From: an uncultured Bacteroides sp.
Lineage (GTDB): Bacteria > Bacteroidota > Bacteroidia > Bacteroidales > Bacteroidaceae
Assembly (NCBI GenBank): GCA_949289345.1
Contig: CASENS010000035.1
Location: 5,803 to 69,802 of the forward strand
DNA length: 64,000 nucleotides
Direction: 5' to 3'
This document shows positions 30,241 to 38,938 of this stretch, piece after piece. Below the pieces are notes generated by a model. The model was not told the origin of the DNA, ran no database searches, and saw only the letters and a list, made by a program, of their open reading frames with translations. The position numbers and the translations under genes are program-made. The number at the start of each line of letters is the position of its first letter. Position 1 is the stretch's first letter.

Positions 30241-30488
30241 AGTTTCTTCCTTTCATTTTTTATTTGTACAACATTCCTATTTATTCTGATTTCCAGTGGC
30301 AAAGATAGAGGATAAATCTGGAAAGAATTAGGAAGAGTACCATTTCTTGGGGAGGAAGCATTTATCTTTGTCCGCGGATAATTTATGATGTCGGAACTGG
30401 CCTTCAACGCCCTCGACACGGTAAACGTAGCCACATTCAGTGCCCGTGCAATGTCCTTAATCGTAATCTGCGGTTTATTCATGGTCAT
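30237..30488 (-). CDS. LacI-type helix-turn-helix-only ORF (stand-alone HTH or truncated regulator remnant)
   Basis: 83 aa. The N-terminus ITIKDIARALNVATFTVSRALKASSDI matches the LacI/PurR HTH. No periplasmic-binding-protein-like effector domain follows. The stop overlaps the PepSY-like ATG by 4 nt (ATGA). An alternative start is at 30482. Confidence 0.5.
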   Translation of the reverse strand: MTMNKPQITIKDIARALNVATFTVSRALKASSDIINYPRTKINASSPRNGTLPNSFQIYPLSLPLEIRINRNVVQIKNERKKL

Positions 30489-30501
30489 TCAATTTTCCAG
30501 C

Positions 30502-30509
30502 CAAAGGTA
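30502..30509 (-). promoter_or_regulatory. -7 box (TAnnTTTG) for the HTH-only ORF / PepSY-like pair
   Basis: Plus strand caaaggta equals minus strand TACCTTTG, 14-20 nt upstream of the candidate ATGs. Confidence 0.45.
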
Positions 30510-30706
30510 AGCAATTATTGCCATTTTCCCCTTGCAATGACGGAAGCCTTTATGAATTATTCGCAAAAATAGCGCAAACACCGTTACCGTTTCTGCCCGG
30601 CAAAGCTTATTTAAAGAAGAGCCCGACGCAAACAATTGCATGTCATCAGCCTATCACCTTCCGACACATTTATCGGAGGAAACATGGTTTCTATCGACAG
30701 ATTTAC

Positions 30707-30714
30707 TATATTTG
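30707..30714 (+). promoter_or_regulatory. -7 box (TAnnTTTG) for the beta-barrel gene
   Basis: TATATTTG lies 31 nt upstream of the ATG at 30745. Confidence 0.5.
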
Positions 30715-30744
30715 TCATCAGAAACTTAAATCTTTTACCTATTT

Positions 30745-31950
30745 ATGGACCGAGTTTTTGCTTTTCTCACTTCCGCCGGCCTACGATGCTTTCTCGGAAT
30801 ATGCCTGACAAGCATGATGTGCCCCCCCCTTTTCGCCCAGAAAAAGAACGCCTTATTGATGCGAGACACCCTGACCGGGAAAGACACCTTGCTCATCGGT
30901 AAGCAATTCATTCCCGCTTCACCGGAAAAGCGCCAATACCTCCTCGAGGTGGAACTGACTCCGCCAAAGAAAGTCACCTTCACACCGAAAGAGATTTCTT
31001 TCTTCCGCGAAGATGGCACTGACTATCGCTCGTTCACCCTCCGTTGGGAAGGTAAGGAGCAACCAGTCTTCCTGCCGCGAGTGTTCTTCCAACCCGAAGA
31101 CCGCCTGGCCATCTACCGCTTCATCGACCCGCAGAAACAAAAACATTACTACTACCGTTTTGCTGAAGGCGAGCTGCTTCCTTTGGCCGTGACCGACTCG
31201 ACCGGCAACGTACAAAGCGCCTTAACGGATTATCTGTTGAAATTCCCCGTCGCCCAATCCGACAAACGCCTGCAACGCTACATTCGCCGCATGAAGCCCA
31301 CGCCCACCTCTTACAAGCGTCGCCATCGCATCTGCTCCAGTGGCAATCTGAATTATCTCCCCCGCTTTCGCTGGGGTGTATTGGCAGGAATCGGGTTTCC
31401 TTCGGTGGAACTAACATGGGATGATGACCTTGGCCGAATCCTTTCCTCCGATATTGGTCGACAAACTCAATGGTATGCCGGTGCTTTTGCCAATGTACCT
31501 TTAGGACAACGCGGTTTCTCAGTCCATACGGAAGTTACTTTCTCAAAAGTTTCAGTTTCATTGCGAGGAGTTACTTATGAGGGTAAAGATGTCGCATATA
31601 ATCGCACAATGCTTTATATACCTTTTTCTTTCCGTTATACCTTAGTGCCTTTACATAGTAATTTCTTACCATATATACAAGCAGGACCGGTCTTGAATAT
31701 TGCTATTGCAGGAGATATGAAATCGCATATAGATAAGCCGGACGAAAATGGCTATATTGTATATTCACCTGTAGAAATAGAAAAACTAAACAGATTAGTC
31801 CCAGCACTTAGTGTAGCAATAGGTATAGAAATGAAAATACAAAACAATCATTCTCTTTTCTTTGATATTCGTTATTTAACTGATTTGAAAGACGATATTC
31901 ATTTCTTCCAAACTTCAGGTTGGTATCTTACCATATCATACAACTTATAA
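30745..31950 (+). CDS. Outer-membrane beta-barrel protein with a ~200-aa N-terminal extension
   Basis: 401 aa with a signal-like N-terminus. The C-terminal ~200 aa show alternating-hydrophobic strands (RWGVLAGIGF, WYAGAFANVPL, FSVHTEVTFSKV, MLYIPFSFRYTL, ALSVAIGIEMKI, SLFFDIRYL) and end in WYLTISYNL, typical of small porin-family barrels. Confidence 0.65.
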   Translation: MDRVFAFLTSAGLRCFLGICLTSMMCPPLFAQKKNALLMRDTLTGKDTLLIGKQFIPASPEKRQYLLEVELTPPKKVTFTPKEISFFREDGTDYRSFTLRWEGKEQPVFLPRVFFQPEDRLAIYRFIDPQKQKHYYYRFAEGELLPLAVTDSTGNVQSALTDYLLKFPVAQSDKRLQRYIRRMKPTPTSYKRRHRICSSGNLNYLPRFRWGVLAGIGFPSVELTWDDDLGRILSSDIGRQTQWYAGAFANVPLGQRGFSVHTEVTFSKVSVSLRGVTYEGKDVAYNRTMLYIPFSFRYTLVPLHSNFLPYIQAGPVLNIAIAGDMKSHIDKPDENGYIVYSPVEIEKLNRLVPALSVAIGIEMKIQNNHSLFFDIRYLTDLKDDIHFFQTSGWYLTISYNL

Positions 31951-31964
31951 AAACAAATTTTACC

Positions 31965-33701
31965 ATGAAAGCCCATAGATATTTCTTTATTTTATGTTTA
32001 TTATTAAATGGATTGCTTATCGTTGGATGTGTACAAGACGCTGAACTACCCATATACAATGATAATATCCAAATAACCGTTGATGTACATGTTGAGAACG
32101 ATGGATTCGATTTATTAGGAAATTTACAAGCAGAAGGCCATCAAATGACTGAACGAGGTTTTGTACTCAAGCGGACTTTTTTCTCAGAGCCTGATTATTC
32201 GTTCCAAGACATCATACAAACCGATTCGTTTAAGCTGGAAACTTATGATACCCCTTTTGTACTTCACATTAGCGATTATATGAGTGATGCAGCAAAATGT
32301 GAAGCTTACGCATACGCTAAACTGAATAATAAGCTCTATCGTAGCCCCTCAGTATGGTTTGATGCAGGAGGTGAAACACAAGCAGAAATTTCTTCGGTCA
32401 AAGTTTATCCAGTGGATGAAGGCGTAGAAGGTACAGTTGTCATAGAAGGCAAGAACTTCTCCAAATTTGATTTTCGTAATCGTTTGGAAGTAGATACCTC
32501 TTGGATAACCCCAGCTTATGCTTACTTTACATTACGAGAAAAGGAATTTAGCTCAACTCGTTTGGTATTCGATTATATATGTTGTCAAGTGGGTGAAGCC
32601 CCTTTACGCCTGACTATAGGCAATATGTCTACTCGACTTGATACACCATTAAAAGTAGAAGGAGCACATTTTTTAGGATTCAACCCTTCGTCTCCACGCG
32701 TAGGAGAAGAAGTAGAAGTTCTAATGGAACATCCTAATAAAAATACTTACTATACATTATTGATTAATCATGAACCTTGTCCATTTACAAATAATAAAAC
32801 TGTCTTTTACAATCTTCCCCAACAAGACAATGTTTTACTTTATTATGAAAAAGAGGTACAAAATTATTATCATAAGATTTATTCCAACATGTTGCCTATC
32901 ACTTTTTCTTGCCCTTGGGTACAAGCAGGTTCTCTTTCTATACCTGCACCTCGTACCACGTCTGAAGGATGGGTATACGCTACAGATGGTGAACGGTTAT
33001 ATGCACGTCTCATTGCTGGAGGAGAAATGAAATCATGGCCCATATATAGCAATGGCATAAAGAGACCTCCAGTAGATATGGATAGTAGAAGAAGTTGTGA
33101 CCTTTGCGCTGATGGAGATAACGTATACCTAAGTGTACCTGCTGTCGGTAAAGACGACTGGTATACAGTTTTGTTGCATTTTAATCGAACTGAAGAATCA
33201 TGGGAAATATTAGCTTGGTTACCCTATTCTTCAGAGCTCCATATTGCGCAAAGTGGCCACCGTCTGCTTATAGCACTCAGCTATTTTGACATAATCGTCT
33301 ATCAGTTAGATAATCATAATTGGACACGACATGAGGTAACTTATATAAAACCTTATTGGGTCGGAACTTATAGAAATAGTTTCTATTTCATAAAGCAAGT
33401 TAGCAATGGTTGGCAATGTTACCGAATAAATGCGGATGGTACCGGCCAAACGCAGCCTATAGGACCAACATTACCGTTTACTGTTAATAATATGGATCCT
33501 AAACAAATACAAATAGAAAATGGTTATTTATATGTACACCCTCCTATAGCCCGTCTATCTCTAAATAAAAACAATGCAGTTTGGGAACATTTAGGAGCAC
33601 CAGCTTCTACTATATTAACCGGAATATTGCCTTCTTCTAACGATGTATATTGTATAGATATCTTTGACAACCTCTACCGCTTCGAAGACGACCGGAAATA
33701 G
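31965..33701 (+). CDS. Hypothetical surface lipoprotein with Ig/IPT-like domains plus a possible six-bladed propeller
   Basis: The track ORF starts at 31920. The ATG at 31965 gives MKAHRYFFILCLLLNGLLIVGCVQD, a lipobox. An IPT-like segment reads AEISSVKVYPVDEGVEGTVVIEGKNFS. Six spaced strand motifs follow: GERLYARL, GDNVYLSV, GHRLLIAL, RNSFYFIK, NGYLYVHP, NDVYCIDI. Confidence 0.6.
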   Translation: MKAHRYFFILCLLLNGLLIVGCVQDAELPIYNDNIQITVDVHVENDGFDLLGNLQAEGHQMTERGFVLKRTFFSEPDYSFQDIIQTDSFKLETYDTPFVLHISDYMSDAAKCEAYAYAKLNNKLYRSPSVWFDAGGETQAEISSVKVYPVDEGVEGTVVIEGKNFSKFDFRNRLEVDTSWITPAYAYFTLREKEFSSTRLVFDYICCQVGEAPLRLTIGNMSTRLDTPLKVEGAHFLGFNPSSPRVGEEVEVLMEHPNKNTYYTLLINHEPCPFTNNKTVFYNLPQQDNVLLYYEKEVQNYYHKIYSNMLPITFSCPWVQAGSLSIPAPRTTSEGWVYATDGERLYARLIAGGEMKSWPIYSNGIKRPPVDMDSRRSCDLCADGDNVYLSVPAVGKDDWYTVLLHFNRTEESWEILAWLPYSSELHIAQSGHRLLIALSYFDIIVYQLDNHNWTRHEVTYIKPYWVGTYRNSFYFIKQVSNGWQCYRINADGTGQTQPIGPTLPFTVNNMDPKQIQIENGYLYVHPPIARLSLNKNNAVWEHLGAPASTILTGILPSSNDVYCIDIFDNLYRFEDDRK

Positions 33702-33771
33702 TCAATATTTTTCAAGCAAATTCAAGGAGTTGAGAGTACCCCGTCCAGAAGGCATCTGAGAGGGGGGCTGG

Positions 33772-33834
33772 GAATGTTAGTAACATAGAGGCCGAAGGTT
33801 ACTAACATTCACCCCTTAGATTACTAACATTCGA
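33772..33834. repeat. Three-arm inverted-repeat element, copy E2
   Basis: Arm 1 GAATGTTAGTAAC (33772-33784). Arm 2 GTTACTAACATTC (33798-33810). Arm 3 ttagaTTACTAACATTCga (33816-33834). Order and spacing match E1 at 11170-11234. Confidence 0.8.
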
Positions 33835-34249
33835 GACTTATGGTAATAACCTATCTTAAAGAGCATCCGCCCCAAGTATTCAAATTATCAAAAAGAATTA
33901 CCACATTCGCTTGTCCGGTGAAAGCGGATGCGGACACAACAAGAGGGATGTGGAGCACCGTAGCAGCGGTGACAGTCTGTATAGTGTGACGCAAATGACT
34001 ATCTTCGCCGAAGCAAATATGCAGGGACAGCGTTCTTTACGGTGATATGACAGGAGTTTTGGAAGCCCATTTCGCGTGGATTTCCTTCCCGAAAAAGGCA
34101 ACGGATAGGTAGCAATTCATTCTCCTAACCCATTAAAAAACGGCTGACGCACCCCAATGATGGATATGGAATACAACCGCACATCACCTTTCATTTCCAA
34201 GAGTTTGCATTATTCCTCCGAATTTCATCCGTATGTGAGCGAGTTTCCG

Positions 34250-34257
34250 TATCTTTG
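34250..34257 (+). promoter_or_regulatory. -7 box (TAnnTTTG) for metG
   Basis: TATCTTTG lies 47 nt upstream of the ATG at 34304. Confidence 0.5.
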
Positions 34258-34303
34258 CATCACATTTTCAATCCCATAACAACAAAATACATCGAATAAT
34301 AAT

Positions 34304-36346
34304 ATGGAAAAGAATTTCAAACGTACTACCGTGACATCGGCTCTGCCTTACGCCAACGGACCGGTCCACATCGGCCACTTGGCGGGAGTGTACGTCCCGG
34401 CAGACATTTATGTGCGCTATCTGCGTCTAAAGAAAGAAGACGTGCTCTTCATCGGAGGGTCCGACGAACACGGAGTACCCATCACTATCCGTGCAAAAAA
34501 GGAAGGCTGCACACCTCAGGACATTGTAGACCGCTATCACGAACTCATCAAAAAGTCGTTCGAGGAATTCGGCATTTCGTTCGACGTGTATGGCCGTACC
34601 ACCTCGAAGGTGCACCACGACACGGCTTCCGACTTCTTCCGCAAACTCTACGACAAGGGTGAATTCATCGAGAAGACGTCCATGCAATATTATGACGAGG
34701 AAGCCAAGACCTTCCTGGCCGACCGTTACATCACGGGCGAATGTCCCCGCTGCCACGCCCAAGGCGCGTATGGCGACCAATGCGAGAAATGCGGCTCCAC
34801 GCTCAGCCCCACGGAATTGATTAACCCCAAGAGCGCCATCAGCGGAAGCGAACCGGTGATGAAAGAAACCAAGCACTGGTACCTGCCTCTGGACAAACAC
34901 GAAGCCTGGTTGCGCCAATGGATATTGGAGGACCACAAAGAATGGCGTCCCAACGTGTACGGCCAGTGCAAGTCATGGTTGGACATGGGCCTGCAACCCC
35001 GTGCCGTAAGCCGCGACCTGAACTGGGGTATCCCCGTACCGGTGGAAGGTGCCGAAGGAAAGGTGCTCTATGTGTGGTTCGACGCACCCATCGGCTACAT
35101 CAGCAACACCAAGGAACTGCTGCCCGAAAGCTGGGAGAAATGGTGGAAAGACCCCGAAACACGTCTCATCCACTTCATCGGCAAGGACAATATCGTCTTC
35201 CACTGCATCGTCTTCCCCGCCATGCTGAAGGCCGAAGGCAGCTACATCCTGCCGGACAACGTGCCCGCCAACGAGTTCCTCAATCTGGAAGGAGACAAGA
35301 TATCGACCTCGCGCAACTGGGCCGTATGGCTGCACGAATACCTGCAGGACTTCCCCGGCAAACAAGATGTCCTGCGCTACGTCTTGACCGCCAATGCCCC
35401 GGAGACCAAAGACAATGACTTTACATGGAAGGACTTCCAGGCACGCAACAACAACGAACTGGTGGCTGTGTATGGAAACTTCGTGAACCGCGCCCTGCAA
35501 CTGACCAAGAAGTATTTCGATGGCAAAGTACCGGCGTGTGGCGAACTAAATGCCTACGACCGGGAAACTCTGCAAGAGTTTGCCGACGTCAAGGGTGAAG
35601 TGGAGCGTCTGCTGGATGTCTTCAAGTTCCGCGACGCACAGAAGGAAGCCATGAACCTGGCACGCATCGGCAACAAATACCTGGCCGACACCGAACCATG
35701 GAAACTGGCCAAGACCGATATGCCTCGCGTAGGAACCATATTGAACATCGCCCTGCAACTCGTAGCCAACCTGGCCATTGCTTTCGAACCGTTCCTGCCC
35801 TTCAGCAGCAAGAAACTGCGTGAGATGCTGAACGTGGAACACCTGGAGTGGAACAGCCTGGGACATACAGATTTGCTGCCCGTAGGTCACCAACTGGGCG
35901 AACCGGTCCTGCTGTTCGAAAAGATTGATGACGAAACCATTCAGGCACAAGTGGACAAACTGCTGGCCACAAAGAAAGCCAACGAAGCTGCCAACTACAA
36001 GGCCAACCCGGTGAAGCCGACCGTCAGCATCGAGGACTTTGACAAGTTGGATATCCGCGTGGGCACCGTGCTGGAGTGTGCGCCTGTTCCCAAGATGAAG
36101 AAACTGCTGCAATTCAAGATAGCCGACGGACTGGAGAACCGCACCATTGTGAGCGGCATCGCCCAACACTACAAGCCGGAAGAACTGGTTGGCAAGCAAG
36201 TATTGTTCATCGCGAACCTGGCTCCCCGCCAATTCAAGAACGGATTGGTGAGCGAAGGCATGATACTCTCTGCCGAAAATTGGGACGGTTCACTGGCAGT
36301 AACTTCTGTATTGCGCGAGGTGAAGCCGGGAAGCGAAGTGAAGTAA
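34304..36346 (+). CDS. metG: Methionine--tRNA ligase
   Basis: 680 aa. Class I HIGH motif ([14 protein letters not shown]), zinc knuckle [23 protein letters not shown]-type segment ([10 protein letters not shown]), and a C-terminal tRNA-binding (EMAP-like) domain [25 protein letters not shown]. Confidence 0.97.
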   Translation: MEKNFKRTTVTSALPYANGPVHIGHLAGVYVPADIYVRYLRLKKEDVLFIGGSDEHGVPITIRAKKEGCTPQDIVDRYHELIKKSFEEFGISFDVYGRTTSKVHHDTASDFFRKLYDKGEFIEKTSMQYYDEEAKTFLADRYITGECPRCHAQGAYGDQCEKCGSTLSPTELINPKSAISGSEPVMKETKHWYLPLDKHEAWLRQWILEDHKEWRPNVYGQCKSWLDMGLQPRAVSRDLNWGIPVPVEGAEGKVLYVWFDAPIGYISNTKELLPESWEKWWKDPETRLIHFIGKDNIVFHCIVFPAMLKAEGSYILPDNVPANEFLNLEGDKISTSRNWAVWLHEYLQDFPGKQDVLRYVLTANAPETKDNDFTWKDFQARNNNELVAVYGNFVNRALQLTKKYFDGKVPACGELNAYDRETLQEFADVKGEVERLLDVFKFRDAQKEAMNLARIGNKYLADTEPWKLAKTDMPRVGTILNIALQLVANLAIAFEPFLPFSSKKLREMLNVEHLEWNSLGHTDLLPVGHQLGEPVLLFEKIDDETIQAQVDKLLATKKANEAANYKANPVKPTVSIEDFDKLDIRVGTVLECAPVPKMKKLLQFKIADGLENRTIVSGIAQHYKPEELVGKQVLFIANLAPRQFKNGLVSEGMILSAENWDGSLAVTSVLREVKPGSEVK

Positions 36347-36355
36347 ATGAGAATT

Positions 36356-36464
36356 TAACAGTCCCTCCCTATCCCTCCCCCGAAGGGGAGGGACTCAGAG
36401 CATTCAGCTTATTTATAAATGGATTAGAACAGGTCACCTCCCCTTCGGGGGGAGGGGGCTGCTA
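36356..36464. mobile_element. MITE/REP-like GC-rich hairpin element, copy 1 (~109 bp between terminal inverted repeats)
   Basis: Left end taacagtccctcc (36356-36368). Right end ggagggggctgcta (36451-36464), whose reverse complement tagcagccccctcc nearly equals the left end of copy 2. A 9-bp stem tccctcccc-CGAA-ggggaggga spans 36372-36393. A second stem cctcccc-ttcgg-ggggagg spans 36437-36455. The AT-rich core is tcagagcattcagcttat. Similarity to copy 2 begins at 36344, which is the metG stop codon. Confidence 0.7.
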
Positions 36465-36488
36465 CATTATTTATATAATTCGTAAAAT

Positions 36489-37940
36489 TTGGTAACATTA
36501 AAGGAAAAGACAGCACGCGGACTGTTGTGGGGAGCCGTAAGCAACGGAGCCCAACAAGTGCTGAACTTGCTTTTCGGCATCGCATTAGCCCGCTTACTGA
36601 ATGATACGGACTATGGCATGGTGGGGATGCTGACCATCTTCACCGCCACTGCCGGCACCTTGCAGGAAAGCGGATTTACCGCCGCATTAGCTAACCGCAA
36701 GGAGGTGAGACATGCGGATTACAACGCCGTATTCTGGTTTAGCCTACTGATGGGAGCCGGCATGTACATCCTGCTTTTTTTCCTGTCGCCTCTCATTGCA
36801 GATTTCTACGGAGACCAACGATTGACGCCATTGGCACGTTATGTGTTTTTAGGCTTTCTGATTGCCAGCACCGGAACGGCTCATCATGCCTACCTGTTCC
36901 GTAATCTGATGGTGAAACAGAAAGCGATGGCACAAGTGCCGGCTCTGATCATTTCCGGAGCGGCAGGCGTGGCTATGGCATGGGCAGGAATGTCATATTG
37001 GGGCATCGCGACGCAAACATTGGTATACATCGCTCTTACAAACCTGGCTTATTGGCGCTTGTCTTCCTGGCGGCCTACCTTGCAATGGGACTTTCATCCA
37101 TTGCGCGAAATGTTCGGCTTCAGCAGTCGGCTGTTGGTGACCAACCTGTTCACCCAAGTAAGCAACAACCTGCTGTCCGCTCTGTTGGGCCGTTTTTTCA
37201 CACCAGGCGCCGTAGGACAATACACCCAATCGGCCAAATGGAACACGATGGGATACTCATTCGTGAGCGGCATGATAAGCAGCGTGGCGCAGCCGGTGCT
37301 GACCGAAGCGTCCGACGCCCGGAGCCACCAGCTGAAGGTGTTGCGGAAGATGCAGCGTTTTGCCGCATTCCTTTCTTTTCCAGCCATGTTAGGATTGGCG
37401 CTGACGGCCGAGGAACTGATAGTCATCGCCATTACAGACAAATGGCTGCCCTGTGTACCCATCCTGCAAACGTTATGCTTATGGGGGGCTTTCGTGCCAA
37501 TCATCACCCTCTACACCAACCTGATTATCAGCAAAGGATGGTCGGGCATCTACATGTGGAATACCATCGTGCTGAGCCTGACACAAATCGTCCTGCTGAT
37601 TGTATGCCACAGCCACGGCATACAAGTCATGGTGACCTGTTTTGTTTGCGTCAACATCGGATGGCTGTCGGTGTGGCATCATTTTGTAAAACGGGTCGTG
37701 GGACTGACCTTATGGATGGCAGCCAAAGATATACTCCCTTTTGCCTTGATTGCATTGGGTACCACACTACTGGCATGGTATGCAACGCAAGACATCGGAA
37801 ACATCTATCTGCGCTTCATCGGCAAGGTGGCGGCAGGTGCGGCAGGATACATGGCCGTCATGTGGTTCAGCCGTGCCAAGATATTCAAGGATTGCATAAG
37901 TTTTATCATAAACAGAAAAAACAAACAATGGAGAGAGTGA
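36489..37940 (+). CDS. wzx: Polysaccharide flippase (Wzx-like, MOP superfamily)
   Basis: 483 aa and multi-TM throughout. The N-terminus LKEKTARGLLWGAVSNGAQQVLNLLFGIALARLL is the usual Wzx/RfbX opening. The only in-frame start near the conserved N-terminus is TTG at 36489, because an in-frame TAA lies at 36483-36485. Confidence 0.8.
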   Translation: MVTLKEKTARGLLWGAVSNGAQQVLNLLFGIALARLLNDTDYGMVGMLTIFTATAGTLQESGFTAALANRKEVRHADYNAVFWFSLLMGAGMYILLFFLSPLIADFYGDQRLTPLARYVFLGFLIASTGTAHHAYLFRNLMVKQKAMAQVPALIISGAAGVAMAWAGMSYWGIATQTLVYIALTNLAYWRLSSWRPTLQWDFHPLREMFGFSSRLLVTNLFTQVSNNLLSALLGRFFTPGAVGQYTQSAKWNTMGYSFVSGMISSVAQPVLTEASDARSHQLKVLRKMQRFAAFLSFPAMLGLALTAEELIVIAITDKWLPCVPILQTLCLWGAFVPIITLYTNLIISKGWSGIYMWNTIVLSLTQIVLLIVCHSHGIQVMVTCFVCVNIGWLSVWHHFVKRVVGLTLWMAAKDILPFALIALGTTLLAWYATQDIGNIYLRFIGKVAAGAAGYMAVMWFSRAKIFKDCISFIINRKNKQWRE

Positions 37941-38938
37941 AAGTCAGTGTCATAATGCTTGCTTACAACATAGGAGCCTACGTGGAAATGGCCATACGAG
38001 GCGTGTTATGCCAACGCACGACGTACAAGGTGGAACTGGTTATCGGCGAGGACTGCAGCACGGACGGTACGCTCGACATCTGCCGACAATACGAAGAACG
38101 CTATCCCGGGCAAATCAAAGTCATTGCCCATAAACAGAACCTTGGACTCCAGCGGAACTTCTTAGACACCCACCGGCACTGTACGGGCGAGTACATCGCC
38201 ATCTGCGACGGAGACGATTATTGGTTCGACCCGCATAAACTGCAACGCATGACCGACTTCATGGATACGCATCCCGACTTTGCCATCTGTTTTCACCGGG
38301 TCATCAACTATTACGAGGAAAGCCATGAGAAAAGCCTCTCCAACGGAGGGCAGCGACGCATCACTGACATCAACGACTTGGCACGCAGCAACTACATCAC
38401 CAACTCATCCTCCCTGTTCCGCCGGAGTTATTACCCCGTTCCGCCCGCATGGCTGGCGGACATCACTTCGTGCGATTATGCCATGCACATGCTCAACGCC
38501 CAGTTCGGCAAAATCTATTATTTCAAACGACCGATGGCCGTCTACCGCAAGCATGCGGCAGGCGTCTGGAGCGAAGTCCAAACAAGCCGGATGCTGACAA
38601 CGGCTTTAGCGGCAAGGGAGAAACTGTTGGACTATTTCCAAACAACCCGGCCGGAAGTGTACGAACTGTTGCGACAGTCGCATACGCAGATATGCCTGAA
38701 CCTGTTACGCCATTATCGCCGGCACTCTTCTACGCCAACTCCTCCGACCGATATACAAGCTGCCGAAGAACGGTTGCTGCGCTATCAACCTCAATGGACA
38801 CCGGCTGCGATTGACATCCATCTGGCTGAGCCGCATCAATCGCCGTGGAAACGCTTCAAGTCGTTCTTTATGAGGTTCTTGAAAGGCATAAGAAAAGTCG
38901 GTTCCCGCCTTATCCCTTTGCCAAACATTCCTTTATAA
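37928..38938 (+). CDS. GT2-family glycosyltransferase
   Basis: The track ORF (36980..38938) is over-extended. The ATG at 37928 gives MERVKVSVIMLAYNIGAYVEMAIRGVLCQRT...ELVIGEDCSTDGT...IAICDGDDYW, with the GT2 DxD. It overlaps the wzx end by 13 nt. Confidence 0.88.
   Translation: MERVKVSVIMLAYNIGAYVEMAIRGVLCQRTTYKVELVIGEDCSTDGTLDICRQYEERYPGQIKVIAHKQNLGLQRNFLDTHRHCTGEYIAICDGDDYWFDPHKLQRMTDFMDTHPDFAICFHRVINYYEESHEKSLSNGGQRRITDINDLARSNYITNSSSLFRRSYYPVPPAWLADITSCDYAMHMLNAQFGKIYYFKRPMAVYRKHAAGVWSEVQTSRMLTTALAAREKLLDYFQTTRPEVYELLRQSHTQICLNLLRHYRRHSSTPTPPTDIQAAEERLLRYQPQWTPAAIDIHLAEPHQSPWKRFKSFFMRFLKGIRKVGSRLIPLPNIPL

Noticed and set aside
33898-34101. 67-aa minus-strand ORF
   Set aside because: It has an implausible composition, no promoter box and no ribosome-binding context.
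36980-37927. 316-codon N-terminal extension of the GT2 ORF in the track
   Set aside because: It overlaps the flippase gene in another frame and is Arg/Pro/His-rich. The GT2 homology begins at MERVKVSVIMLAYN (ATG 37928).
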